64,000 nucleotides of DNA from a virus. The stretch is from the IMG/VR virus record IMGVR_UViG_3300047409_000248, positions 10,180-74,179 of that record, one strand, 5' to 3'. Below, one piece after another: positions 9,627 to 17,889 of the stretch; position 1 is the first letter of the stretch; the number at the start of each line of letters is the position of its first letter. The position numbers and the translations under genes are program-made. The notes beneath the pieces were generated by a model. The model was not told where the DNA came from. It did not search any database and saw nothing but the letters and a program-made list of their open reading frames with translations.

Positions 9627-9852
9627 AGTGTTTCCCTCTTTGTATAAATCGAATAGCGCTAGCCGATATAGTTACCGCAACTATTCTCTATGCCTGACTG
9701 GGAGCGACCCACTTGGTGCACCAATCTATATCGCAGGGTTAGTGGCGGCGCGTTGGAAAGGAACCGAGCCTTTCTCGGGGAATGTCCTCAGGTTACATTC
9801 CGACTGTCATCTCTCCCGGCTTTTCCTCCCCCGGGACGGCCTTGCGCCAAAC

Positions 9853-10287
9853 TTATTCAGTGCTGAATTCCCGCACGCCTTCTATCAGATGATAGGGCGG
9901 ACGCTTGTTCTTTACCACCTTCTTCTTTCCGTTGGGCGCCTTGGTCTTACTTTGCGTTTTTCCAGAACCACGGTGCGAAGGCTGCATCGGAGATAGCACA
10001 TATACTCCGGGCATGAAATTGGTGCCACGATCAAACGCGACAATCTCCAGCCGCATGCTTTCAGGTGTATGATACCGAAACCACTTGTTCCTCACCTTCA
10101 AATAGGTTCGGCTTTTGTAGACACGAACCGAAGTACATTTCGGTACCTGCCGCAAGCAAGCTCTGGCAGCGGCGCAACTGGAAGGCTCTTTAGACTTTCC
10201 AGCATTGATATCCTGACGGCTGATCTCGATCACAACGCGTGACTTTGCGTCATGAACCGGCATCCCGTCGATCTTCAAATTCTTCAT
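9853..10287 (-). CDS. Hypothetical basic protein
   Basis: AGAGGGAA RBS; DI..G....P.SCA.ARA motif. Confidence 0.7.
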   Translation of the reverse strand: MKNLKIDGMPVHDAKSRVVIEISRQDINAGKSKEPSSCAAARACLRQVPKCTSVRVYKSRTYLKVRNKWFRYHTPESMRLEIVAFDRGTNFMPGVYVLSPMQPSHRGSGKTQSKTKAPNGKKKVVKNKRPPYHLIEGVREFSTE

Positions 10288-10321
10288 CTAATTCCCTCTA
10301 AGTAAGGTTTCGATCCCACAC

Positions 10322-10350
10322 TAAATACACATTGGGTTTGGCATGTCAAG
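10322..10350 (-). promoter_or_regulatory. Sigma70-like promoter
   Basis: Minus strand reads CTTGACA-N16-TATTTA upstream of the gene starting at 10287. Confidence 0.45.
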
Positions 10351-10469
10351 CCCAATTTGGGTTTAAGGGCAATAGCCATCCAGCCAGCATCCTAATTGTA
10401 CAGTAGCGATCAGAAGAAAGAGAATTCCCAGCGCAACAATCAAAGTGCCGCCAAATGTAGTGTTGCGGA

Positions 10470-10856
10470 TCATTTGGGCTTTCCATCTGTCGATGTGTCC
10501 GAGTGGGTACCAGCCCCGCCGAGATCCAACGTCACCGATGGATCACTCTCTCCCGAGGGTAGAGAGCCTATGCGAAGCGGGGCTGATTGTGGTGTCGATG
10601 AGAGCGCAACAGCGACGAGCACCTGTTGCAGGATCATGTCCTTGTAGGCCACATCATTTGTGATGAGCGCGGTTTCTATCCGGGCGAGACAAGCATCATC
10701 TAGCGGTCTTTGGGCATGACCGGCAAACTTCTGTAGGTAATGAGCGGCTTCACCTAGAGCATTTCGAACGTCAGCGCTGGGCATATCCTCTTGCAGATAG
10801 ATCAGCGCCTGCGCCAACTCATTCAGTCTCGCGGTCTCAGGAGAAATCTGGTTCAT
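10470..10856 (-). CDS. Hypothetical protein
   Basis: AAGAGGGAAA RBS; first gene of the leftward unit. Confidence 0.6.
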   Translation of the reverse strand: MNQISPETARLNELAQALIYLQEDMPSADVRNALGEAAHYLQKFAGHAQRPLDDACLARIETALITNDVAYKDMILQQVLVAVALSSTPQSAPLRIGSLPSGESDPSVTLDLGGAGTHSDTSTDGKPK

Positions 10857-10929
10857 TTCATTTCCCTCTTGTGTTGATCGTCAGTATACATTATGGGTAT
10901 TGGTAGAGGCTTGGCAAGAGGATATTAGC

Positions 10930-11127
10930 ATGCGACTTCGCGAATGGATGGATAAGACAAATACGGATGTTCTGAAGTTCGCAGAATTAACCGGATCATC
11001 AGTGCATACTGTAAAGAAGTGGCTGAAGAACCGAGAAAAAGACGGTAGAACACCAAGACCAGCCATGCAGGCCAAGATAAGGGCCGTAACCAAAGGTGAT
11101 GTAATGCCCAATGATTGGGTGGCATAA
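10930..11127 (+). CDS. Cro/XRE-like HTH regulator
   Basis: MRLREWM...FAELTGSSVHTVKKW...RTPRP...I..VTKGDVMPNDW; GAGGA RBS; divergent from the leftward operon. Confidence 0.8.
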   Translation: MRLREWMDKTNTDVLKFAELTGSSVHTVKKWLKNREKDGRTPRPAMQAKIRAVTKGDVMPNDWVA

Positions 11128-11645
11128 TGGCCGCCAAGGGCTCCAAGGGAGTATACTACGGCGATACGCCGTGGAACGAACGCACAATTAGTCATTTGAA
11201 ATTATGGTGGGAACAAGGTTTAACGGCCACTGAGATTTCTATAAAGTTCTCTGAGATGGAGTATTCTATTACCAGAAACGCGGTAATAGGTAAGGCGCAC
11301 AGGATGAGCTTCAAGCAGCCCCCACGGGGTATTTCCCCCAAGGCGCCACGACAGCGCCCCCGGAAGCGGATCATTTTGCCGCCAGCGGACCCGCGCGCCA
11401 AGGTCTGGTCCAGCAAGAAGACCAAACTGCCCACCATCATCCAGACTAATATTCTGGATATGGACAACCCGGGCATCTCGATCATGGAGCTTCGAGATGA
11501 TACCTGCCACGCCATTGTGCGGGACGGTACCTTCAACGCGCTTGCTACATACTGCGGTGTGAAGACGGAAGATAAAAGTTCTTACTGCCCAGCCCATGCT
11601 GAGCTTTTCTATCAGCCGCCTCAGGAACGTTCCCGTAGGCGCTAA
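11127..11645 (+). CDS. gcrA: GcrA-family transcriptional regulator
   Basis: W......L...W..GLTATEI...ITRNAVIGKAHR N-terminus; IMELRDDTC...YCG...SYCPAH...YQP C-terminus. Confidence 0.92.
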   Translation: MAAKGSKGVYYGDTPWNERTISHLKLWWEQGLTATEISIKFSEMEYSITRNAVIGKAHRMSFKQPPRGISPKAPRQRPRKRIILPPADPRAKVWSSKKTKLPTIIQTNILDMDNPGISIMELRDDTCHAIVRDGTFNALATYCGVKTEDKSSYCPAHAELFYQPPQERSRRR

Positions 11646-11722
11646 CGAGGCAGAGAAACGGCGGCTCGTTAATGGGGTTTACTCCGCGTCGTGACAGGTA
11701 GGAAAGACTCCCAACCCATCCT
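11645..11722 (+). ncRNA. Possible C4-antisense-like structured RNA
   Basis: AACGAG/CTCGTT hairpin, then an ATGGGGTT...AACCCAT stem enclosing GTGACA-GG(T)AG-GAAAGA-CTCC, which resembles the C4 3' arm. Confidence 0.3.
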
Positions 11723-11736
11723 CAAAGGAACCATCC

Positions 11737-12201
11737 ATGCCCATTTCTCTCGGCGAGAAGACGACATCCATATTCAGTCAGTTACCGCTGGCATCCCTGA
11801 ACAAACCTAACGGTTTATGCACGTCTATCGTGGATGTGGATACGACTGACTTCGCGCCGGGGTGGTACAGCTTTTCAGGGAATTTCATGATCGCGGTATG
11901 GATTGGCCACGTCATGTACACGCATCACATCGATATCGGAACCAGCCTGACGCCAGAGACTGCGCCAGCGGGCGGGGCTGGATTGGGCAACCACGATCCG
12001 GTTCAAGGCGATGCTGGCCCCGGAGGCAATGCGGTGACACTGCTTAAGCCGGTTGGTACCCGCCTCATCAAGATCGATAACCCGGGCATCCAGCATGTCT
12101 ATCTACGCGCCCAAGTATACCATAACGGCGCTAACATCGATGGCACCAATGCCTGTTATGGGTCTGGCTGCCTGAACTGGCACAAGATCGCGGAACTTTA
12201 A
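11737..12201 (+). CDS. Hypothetical beta-rich protein
   Basis: AAGGA RBS; 154 aa. Confidence 0.6.
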   Translation: MPISLGEKTTSIFSQLPLASLNKPNGLCTSIVDVDTTDFAPGWYSFSGNFMIAVWIGHVMYTHHIDIGTSLTPETAPAGGAGLGNHDPVQGDAGPGGNAVTLLKPVGTRLIKIDNPGIQHVYLRAQVYHNGANIDGTNACYGSGCLNWHKIAEL

Positions 12202-12411
12202 TATAATAGGACGCTCTTCGCCCCTAAGCAGCCTGATTAATTCCATAATTTCTTCTTCATCGCTCATCTGGGTTCCCTCCTTATTTGGAAGCCCAGATTT
12301 GGCATGTCCAGAGATTTAAGTCTGAGCAATATTGCTCAACAGCCCCTACAAATATCAGGAGGCTTGGCAGGAAAGGGCGGCAAGTCATCCACTTGGCTGG
12401 GATGATCCCGG

Positions 12412-12855
12412 CTATTTACTACCTTTGAGGAGTTGAAAGTTGGAACCTTGAATGATCCCTAGCCCTCCCCCGAACAAGGCCCGTTCCGCGACCACCAAGA
12501 TCGCAATTAGAGCAAGTGCTCCAATGACATACTTTATGGGTACAGAGAGATTACCGGGCGCCAAGAAATCTATCACCATGTAGATGATATATAAAACCAC
12601 CATCACTACGATAAGACCGATAGCGAACTCGATTACAGCTACTGGCGTAATGGCCATGACGCCGCCGCCGCCAAATAAAACGCCTTTTATAGCAACCAGA
12701 AAGACCAATAGTGCAGTGCCGCCAACAGCATATCTGGCAATCAGCTTGAAGCGTTCGTCTGGCGCGATGAAGTCCAAGGCGAGAAAAATCAGGTAAACAA
12801 TTATACACAACCCGACTACGGCTATCAGAAAGTCCATCAAGCCTGAGCCTGTCAT
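12412..12855 (-). CDS. Integral membrane protein with internal duplication
   Basis: Two repeats of (D/E)F.I...........Y.I....DF.AP......I.(R/K)Y..G..AL........LFGGG. Confidence 0.8.
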   Translation of the reverse strand: MTGSGLMDFLIAVVGLCIIVYLIFLALDFIAPDERFKLIARYAVGGTALLVFLVAIKGVLFGGGGVMAITPVAVIEFAIGLIVVMVVLYIIYMVIDFLAPGNLSVPIKYVIGALALIAILVVAERALFGGGLGIIQGSNFQLLKGSK

Positions 12856-12896
12856 GGCGCATTCCCTCCGGGGGTGAAACTGTATAACAATACACC

Positions 12897-13277
12897 ATGG
12901 ACCCGAAAAGTTCCCGTATCACTTTGGACCTCTCCCTTCCACCCAGCGTCAACCGTTTGTGGAAGGTCAGCAATGGCAAGCTGTATCGCTCTCCGCAGTA
13001 CATGCAATGGCTCAAGACGGCTGGGGTAGAACTTATCAGCCAAAAGCCCAAACTACCCTGCAAAGCCATCTCTGGCCCTTACAGCATGATCCTGAGATTG
13101 AAGCTAGGCGGCGCTAGCGATCTGGACAATCGCATCAAGGCTGTGTCCGACCTGCTACAGGCGCACCAAATTATTCAGAACGATAATCTTTGTAGAAAGC
13201 TACTTGTGCTTTGGGATGAAAATCTACCAGTAGCGTGCAGGGTGACGATTAGATCAATCCCTAGCCGTATTGACTGA
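12897..13277 (+). CDS. rusA: RusA-family Holliday junction resolvase
   Basis: LPPSVNRLW...DLDNRIKAVSDLL...IIQND. Confidence 0.9.
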   Translation: MDPKSSRITLDLSLPPSVNRLWKVSNGKLYRSPQYMQWLKTAGVELISQKPKLPCKAISGPYSMILRLKLGGASDLDNRIKAVSDLLQAHQIIQNDNLCRKLLVLWDENLPVACRVTIRSIPSRID

Positions 13278-13459
13278 CGCATATCTGTCATGCAGAATTC
13301 GCATATCAGACGAGCGGCTTCAGAAATGAAGCGGCCCCCGGTGCGGAGGGAAATCACACACCGAGGGCCAAACGCAAGTCGCGGGATACGGAAGCGCGCC
13401 CTGCTTACTGGGTAATATACCTAGTCGCATTCCGTTCCACAAGAGAGGATACGGAATGT

Positions 13460-14230
13460 ATGTCTGATATCTCCCAAAAGCTTTTTGAAATCGCCAGCAT
13501 CGATCCGACCAGTTCCATTGGAATTGCTGTCAAGCAGCTTGCTGAGATGCAGGCAAAAGAGGAGCACAGAAAGGCTTCCCAAAGGGAGCGAACTAGGCGC
13601 TGCGTGGCCAAGGCAAACGTTAGCCTAACGGTGTGTGAGCCTAACGTTAGTTTAACGGTGGAGGCTGAAAACACCAATAAAATCAATACAGGAGACCGTT
13701 ATCCTAACGTCGATGAGGTATATATATATAATACTATCCCTAGTAATAGTGTATTAGTAGTAGAAGAAAGTAAGAAAGAAGGAAGTAAGAAGAAGAGAGT
13801 AATATCGCGCGCGCGCGAGGCTGAGTTCCAGATCGAATTCGATGGAACAATCTGGCCAATGTACCCCAACAAGGTTTCAAAAAAAGACTCGCTGAAAGCA
13901 TATTGCGCTGCACGCGAGAAGGTTCCCCTCCAGACCATTGCGGATGGTCTCCAGCGCTACATCTCCACAAAACCAGAATACCAAGATTGGTCGCACCTAG
14001 CGACATGGCTCAACAAGGAGCGATGGGAGGATGTCCAGAATGCCAACAGAGCTAACAAAACCAGAACCATGGCAGTTGCCCATTCGACTAGCGGAAGTGG
14101 CATGTTGGCCGCTCTGGGTAGAGGAGCGGCGCGTGTCCTTGAAGACGGTTTATCGAAACGGAGCGAAGATACCCCCGGCGTTTTTGCCTTCCCACCTATT
14201 GCCCACGCCAGAACAGCGAGCCGAAATTGA
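13460..14230 (+). CDS. Phage replication initiator (O-like)
   Basis: F..IWPMYPNKVSK...YC...HLATWLNKERWED C-terminal domain; internal iterons. Confidence 0.8.
   Translation: MSDISQKLFEIASIDPTSSIGIAVKQLAEMQAKEEHRKASQRERTRRCVAKANVSLTVCEPNVSLTVEAENTNKINTGDRYPNVDEVYIYNTIPSNSVLVVEESKKEGSKKKRVISRAREAEFQIEFDGTIWPMYPNKVSKKDSLKAYCAAREKVPLQTIADGLQRYISTKPEYQDWSHLATWLNKERWEDVQNANRANKTRTMAVAHSTSGSGMLAALGRGAARVLEDGLSKRSEDTPGVFAFPPIAHARTASRN
13616..13760. repeat. Iteron-like repeats plus AT-rich tract (putative replication origin)
   Basis: Three CGTTA-N3-TAACG palindromes (13618, 13645, 13697); the first two lie in an 18-bp near-perfect direct repeat; (TA)n-rich tract at about 13719-13750. Confidence 0.65.
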
Positions 14231-14675
14231 AAAATTCAGACAACATATCCTGACTAGGTTCCCGATGTATCTTGGCCCAGAGAGCGCTGCCAAGACTATG
14301 GCCACTATATCCAAGATGATCATGGTGCTTGCTAGTAAGTCTGGTGGGGATGACGCTATGGAAGCTAGGGGAGAAGCCTACATGATGGCGCTGGAAGATA
14401 TCCAATCATGGGCTGTAGAAGAGGCTGCGCGGAAGTGGTATCGCGGGGAATATGGATCAGAATATGATTATAAGTGGATGCCTGACCCAGCTACAATTCG
14501 ATCTCTTGCCCATCAAGAGGCTTATAAAGTTCGTTCTGCCTTAGTGCTGGCAATCGATATTGGACTCGCCCAACCTCTTTTGGAAGAGCCGGATTACAGC
14601 GATGAATATCGCGCTAAAATGCTTGAGAAGCTTTCTCATCTAAAATTAGATTTAAAGGATAGTGAGATAAACTAA
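14031..14675 (+). CDS. Putative helicase loader/replication accessory protein
   Basis: Follows the initiator; YMMALEDIQSWAVEEAARKW...WMPDPATIR motif of phage replication P-like proteins. Confidence 0.6.
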   Translation: MSRMPTELTKPEPWQLPIRLAEVACWPLWVEERRVSLKTVYRNGAKIPPAFLPSHLLPTPEQRAEIEKFRQHILTRFPMYLGPESAAKTMATISKMIMVLASKSGGDDAMEARGEAYMMALEDIQSWAVEEAARKWYRGEYGSEYDYKWMPDPATIRSLAHQEAYKVRSALVLAIDIGLAQPLLEEPDYSDEYRAKMLEKLSHLKLDLKDSEIN

Positions 14676-14905
14676 TGAAATATTATACAGGACCGATCGA
14701 AGAAGTTCGCCCCGGAGATATATTAACCGCTGAGCGCCAGCTTGAATATCGTGAATATATGGCCAAGAAACATAATATGAAAAATATTAAACTGTGGGGA
14801 CCTAACGAGACCTACAAGGATAGCGGCGCTAGACCTTTCGCCGTTAATATCTCTCCTGCTAAGCCTCTTCCTAAACAACCAGAAGAACCTAACCCGTTTG
14901 AATGA
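14675..14905 (+). CDS. Hypothetical protein
   Basis: TAATG-coupled; ends PEEPNPFE. Confidence 0.55.
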   Translation: MKYYTGPIEEVRPGDILTAERQLEYREYMAKKHNMKNIKLWGPNETYKDSGARPFAVNISPAKPLPKQPEEPNPFE

Positions 14906-15161
14906 ATTCCATGGCGCTGGTGATTTCTTCTTCCGAGAAATCGCTAGGAGTTTCAGCCCGGCCATACCAAGGCCTGTCAATTGTCCAATCTGGAGCTTGA
15001 TACATCACTGTCCAGCCATTACCTAAATCCTCGCAATGCCGCATACTGCCTTCTGGCAGTATGGTATCCAAAGCGTACAATCTCTTTCCATCCTTTGAGA
15101 CTTTGTGTGCATATCTCTGGTTCATGGTAGAAATTCGATTGATGATCCATTCTTCAACCAT
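14889..15161 (-). CDS. Hypothetical protein with acidic C-terminal tag
   Basis: Ends DFSEEEITSAMEFIQTG. Confidence 0.7.
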   Translation of the reverse strand: MVEEWIINRISTMNQRYAHKVSKDGKRLYALDTILPEGSMRHCEDLGNGWTVMYQAPDWTIDRPWYGRAETPSDFSEEEITSAMEFIQTG

Positions 15162-15630
15162 TGATTATCTCCATGGCGCGTTCAATACCTTCTTCGGTAA
15201 AGCCATCATCAGTGATTACTACACCCCATGGAAATACATCATGCGCCGTTAATGCCTTCTCTGAGTTCTCAAATTCAAACATTGTTGGGGTTTCTAATCT
15301 AGTTGCAAACTGATATGGATGATGTCTGTTATTATGACCCGATATCTGTACCTGTGTGAGAACAATCATTCTCCCGCGCGGAGTCATGACTTCCTTATGA
15401 TCCCAATATTGGGTATTGCGAGGAATTTTCTCCCAATCCTCCGGGATATCCCAGATACGATTGGGGTCATTAATATCGCCATAGATGAACACTAGAACCC
15501 AGTGTTTTCGCCCATCCGGTCCCATCACCACATAGCTGCGCTCGATTACTGCGTGGTTTATCCTTTCCATGTTAGAAACAAATGCAGTTTCTTCTGGCGT
15601 GAGATGTATTGGATGTAGGATTGTGCTCAT
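15154..15630 (-). CDS. Hypothetical protein with acidic C-terminal tag
   Basis: Ends GFTEEGIERAMEIING. Confidence 0.7.
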   Translation of the reverse strand: MSTILHPIHLTPEETAFVSNMERINHAVIERSYVVMGPDGRKHWVLVFIYGDINDPNRIWDIPEDWEKIPRNTQYWDHKEVMTPRGRMIVLTQVQISGHNNRHHPYQFATRLETPTMFEFENSEKALTAHDVFPWGVVITDDGFTEEGIERAMEIING

Positions 15631-15694
15631 AACGGCCCCTGTAGTATCCTGCTGCCTAGATAAACCCAGATTGTGTCACTATCAAGGATGATCC

Positions 15695-16198
15695 ATGGGA
15701 GTGCTTCGTAACATAGACGATGAACGGTTCTGCCAACTGGTAGTCTCAGGCCGCGACCCCGCAGATGCCTATACCGACACTGGAGGGCTGTCCAAGAACC
15801 CTAGCTACGCCGCCGATCGCAAGATGCGAAAGCTGGTCATCCGGAAGCGGCTGGAGGAATTACTCGACGTAGGGGCTCGCAAGGCCATGCTGAGCCGGTC
15901 CCAGATACTCCAGAGGATGGTGGAAGATTGGGATTTGTCTCGAAAGCTAGGTCAAATGGCAGCCGCAGCAACAAATGCAAAATTAATAGGGATGGAGACT
16001 CATAAAATGTTCGTTGAACGCAAGGAGATAGGAGGTGCTGGGGATTTTGATCAAAAAACCGCCACAGAGTTGTTAGAGTTTATCAAACATGAGATTTCAG
16101 AGCTTGGCCTTGGCGCTGAAGAGATCAAACAACTTGGTATAAATATTGAACCCAATGTCACCATCTTGCCTCCATTGAAGAAGACTGGTACGGAATGA
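15695..16198 (+). CDS. terS: Terminase small subunit
   Basis: LRN...ERFCQLVVSG....DAY...G...A.R......IRKRLEEL HTH pattern; AAATNAKLIG...MFVERKEIG. Confidence 0.75.
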   Translation: MGVLRNIDDERFCQLVVSGRDPADAYTDTGGLSKNPSYAADRKMRKLVIRKRLEELLDVGARKAMLSRSQILQRMVEDWDLSRKLGQMAAAATNAKLIGMETHKMFVERKEIGGAGDFDQKTATELLEFIKHEISELGLGAEEIKQLGINIEPNVTILPPLKKTGTE

Positions 16199-16737
16199 AA
16201 AAATGCTCATGTTGCCAAATACTTAAACAAGAAGATGAATTTTGGAGAGTTCGTAAAGGCCAACCAAAACTACAGAATAAGTGCAAGGCCTGTGGCACAG
16301 CCATGACGCGAGAATGGCGCCGTAAAAATCCAGAACGCAGCGCCGAACTTAGCATGTGGGCCAAGAAAAACCCAGATAAAGTTCGATCCAAGCTTCTCCT
16401 GAAGCTTTACGGCCTAACTCCCGCTGATTGGGATCGAATGTTGGCTGACCAAGATGGCGGCTGCGCCATTTGCGGCGATAATGAGCCAGCCAGAGGGTTC
16501 CACGTAGATCATTGTCATAAGACTGGGCGCGTCCGTGGCTTGCTCTGCACCAACTGCAATCATGGTATTGGGAACTTTAGTGAGGACCCCAAGACGATCT
16601 TGGAAGCGGCCCGCTATGTCATGAGGGACCAGCTTATCAAGCTAGATGCGCCGGTTCCAATGGATGATAACCAAGCCGCAGAATTCCTGCGAGATATAGA
16701 AGAGGGAAGAGCCATTCCGGTTGTGAAGAGGAACTAG
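16195..16737 (+). CDS. Endonuclease VII-like HNH protein
   Basis: YGLT...ML..Q.G.CAICG...HVDHCHKTGRVRGLLCTNCNHGIG. Confidence 0.92.
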   Translation: MKKCSCCQILKQEDEFWRVRKGQPKLQNKCKACGTAMTREWRRKNPERSAELSMWAKKNPDKVRSKLLLKLYGLTPADWDRMLADQDGGCAICGDNEPARGFHVDHCHKTGRVRGLLCTNCNHGIGNFSEDPKTILEAARYVMRDQLIKLDAPVPMDDNQAAEFLRDIEEGRAIPVVKRN

Positions 16738-17009
16738 CTTTCTATAAATTCTATTGCCTTGGTGATATCTTCCTCGTTGAATTCTTCCTGAGATAATTCA
16801 GCAATTAAATCCTCAGGAAATGTACCATTCCATCTATTCCATTCAGGAGACGCATTATCGGGGTATCGATGCGTGGAATACCATTTATTTATTCCTTCTA
16901 TGGTTACTAAGAACCAACCACGTTTGGTTTTGTACCAAGTCTGTTCTTGGTGGTTCCACGAAGATAAATCCTCTTCTCCCGTCAAATCCCATACGCCTTC
17001 ATAGTTCAT
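16734..17009 (-). CDS. Hypothetical protein with acidic C-terminal tag
   Basis: Ends EFNEEDITKAIEFIES; ATGA-coupled. Confidence 0.7.
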   Translation of the reverse strand: MNYEGVWDLTGEEDLSSWNHQEQTWYKTKRGWFLVTIEGINKWYSTHRYPDNASPEWNRWNGTFPEDLIAELSQEEFNEEDITKAIEFIES

Positions 17010-17374
17010 GATCTTTCCTCCTCTATTTCATCCATGATGATCTGAGCCAACTCGATATCTTCCTCATCGAATTCTGGCGTCATGAAAGATGACGGCGCAA
17101 TGATGTGCGGCGCTATGTAACTATCCCAGAACGTTGGGGGTATTCCCTCCACTTTTGGTTCTCCAACAGCACCACCATCATAGAGTTCAGTGGCCATGTA
17201 TTCGTTAATAGCATTTGGGACATTATGCCTAAAGATGAGACCTTTTTTAGTTAGGTGTATGGAAATATACTCAGATGCGCAGCAAAATATTCTTGCATAT
17301 TCTTCCACGCTTATATCACTCAGCAAATTCCATACCCTCTTCTCATCATCGAATATTGGATGATAGATGCTCAT
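17006..17374 (-). CDS. Hypothetical protein with acidic C-terminal tag
   Basis: AAGAGGGAAA RBS; ends EFDEEDIELAQIIMDEIEEERS. Confidence 0.75.
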   Translation of the reverse strand: MSIYHPIFDDEKRVWNLLSDISVEEYARIFCCASEYISIHLTKKGLIFRHNVPNAINEYMATELYDGGAVGEPKVEGIPPTFWDSYIAPHIIAPSSFMTPEFDEEDIELAQIIMDEIEEERS

Positions 17375-17410
17375 TGTGTTTCCCTCTTGTTGTCCTATAT
17401 GGCCCTTACG

Positions 17411-17887
17411 ATGCCTACAGGAATCAGAACAGCACCTCCCATTTATGGGAGGAAGATATGCGCCAAGTGTGGCGAAGAAAAGCCTATCGAGGATTTCTAT
17501 AGAGAAAGAAATCCTTGCCGGGCTTGCCGCTATAAAGCCTCCAATGCATGGAGATTGAATAATCTAGAAAAAGTAGCGGCTCAAACGCGGGCATGGCACA
17601 AGCGTAATCCGGAACGTAGCAGCGATATGTATCGTCGCCGAAAATATAAAAATTTAGAGTGGGGTGATTTCGACCGGATGCTCAAGGAGCAAGATAGCAA
17701 GTGTGCCATTTGCGGTATAACCGACCCAATGGGGCGTGGAGGTTTCCACATAGATCATTGCCATAAAACAGAAAAGATACGTGCGATACTTTGTCATAAC
17801 TGCAACTTGGGAATAGGTAATCTCCAGCACGACCCGCGTATTTTGCAGGCCGCGCTGGAGTATTTGTTGAAGCATAGCGACGAATGA
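17411..17887 (+). CDS. Endonuclease VII-like HNH protein (start 17399 or 17411)
   Basis: CAKC...CRAC; QDSKCAICG...HIDHCHKTEKIRAILCHNCNLGIG. Confidence 0.9.
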   Translation: MPTGIRTAPPIYGRKICAKCGEEKPIEDFYRERNPCRACRYKASNAWRLNNLEKVAAQTRAWHKRNPERSSDMYRRRKYKNLEWGDFDRMLKEQDSKCAICGITDPMGRGGFHIDHCHKTEKIRAILCHNCNLGIGNLQHDPRILQAALEYLLKHSDE

Positions 17888-17889
17888 TT

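Noticed and set aside
12103-12267. Unlisted 54-aa minus-strand ORF (MSDEEEIMELIRLL...) with a good AAGGAGG RBS, considered as a free-standing acidic tag
   Set aside because: It lacks the aromatic and Ala positions of the tag and overlaps a convergent gene by about 100 nt; coding status is unresolved.
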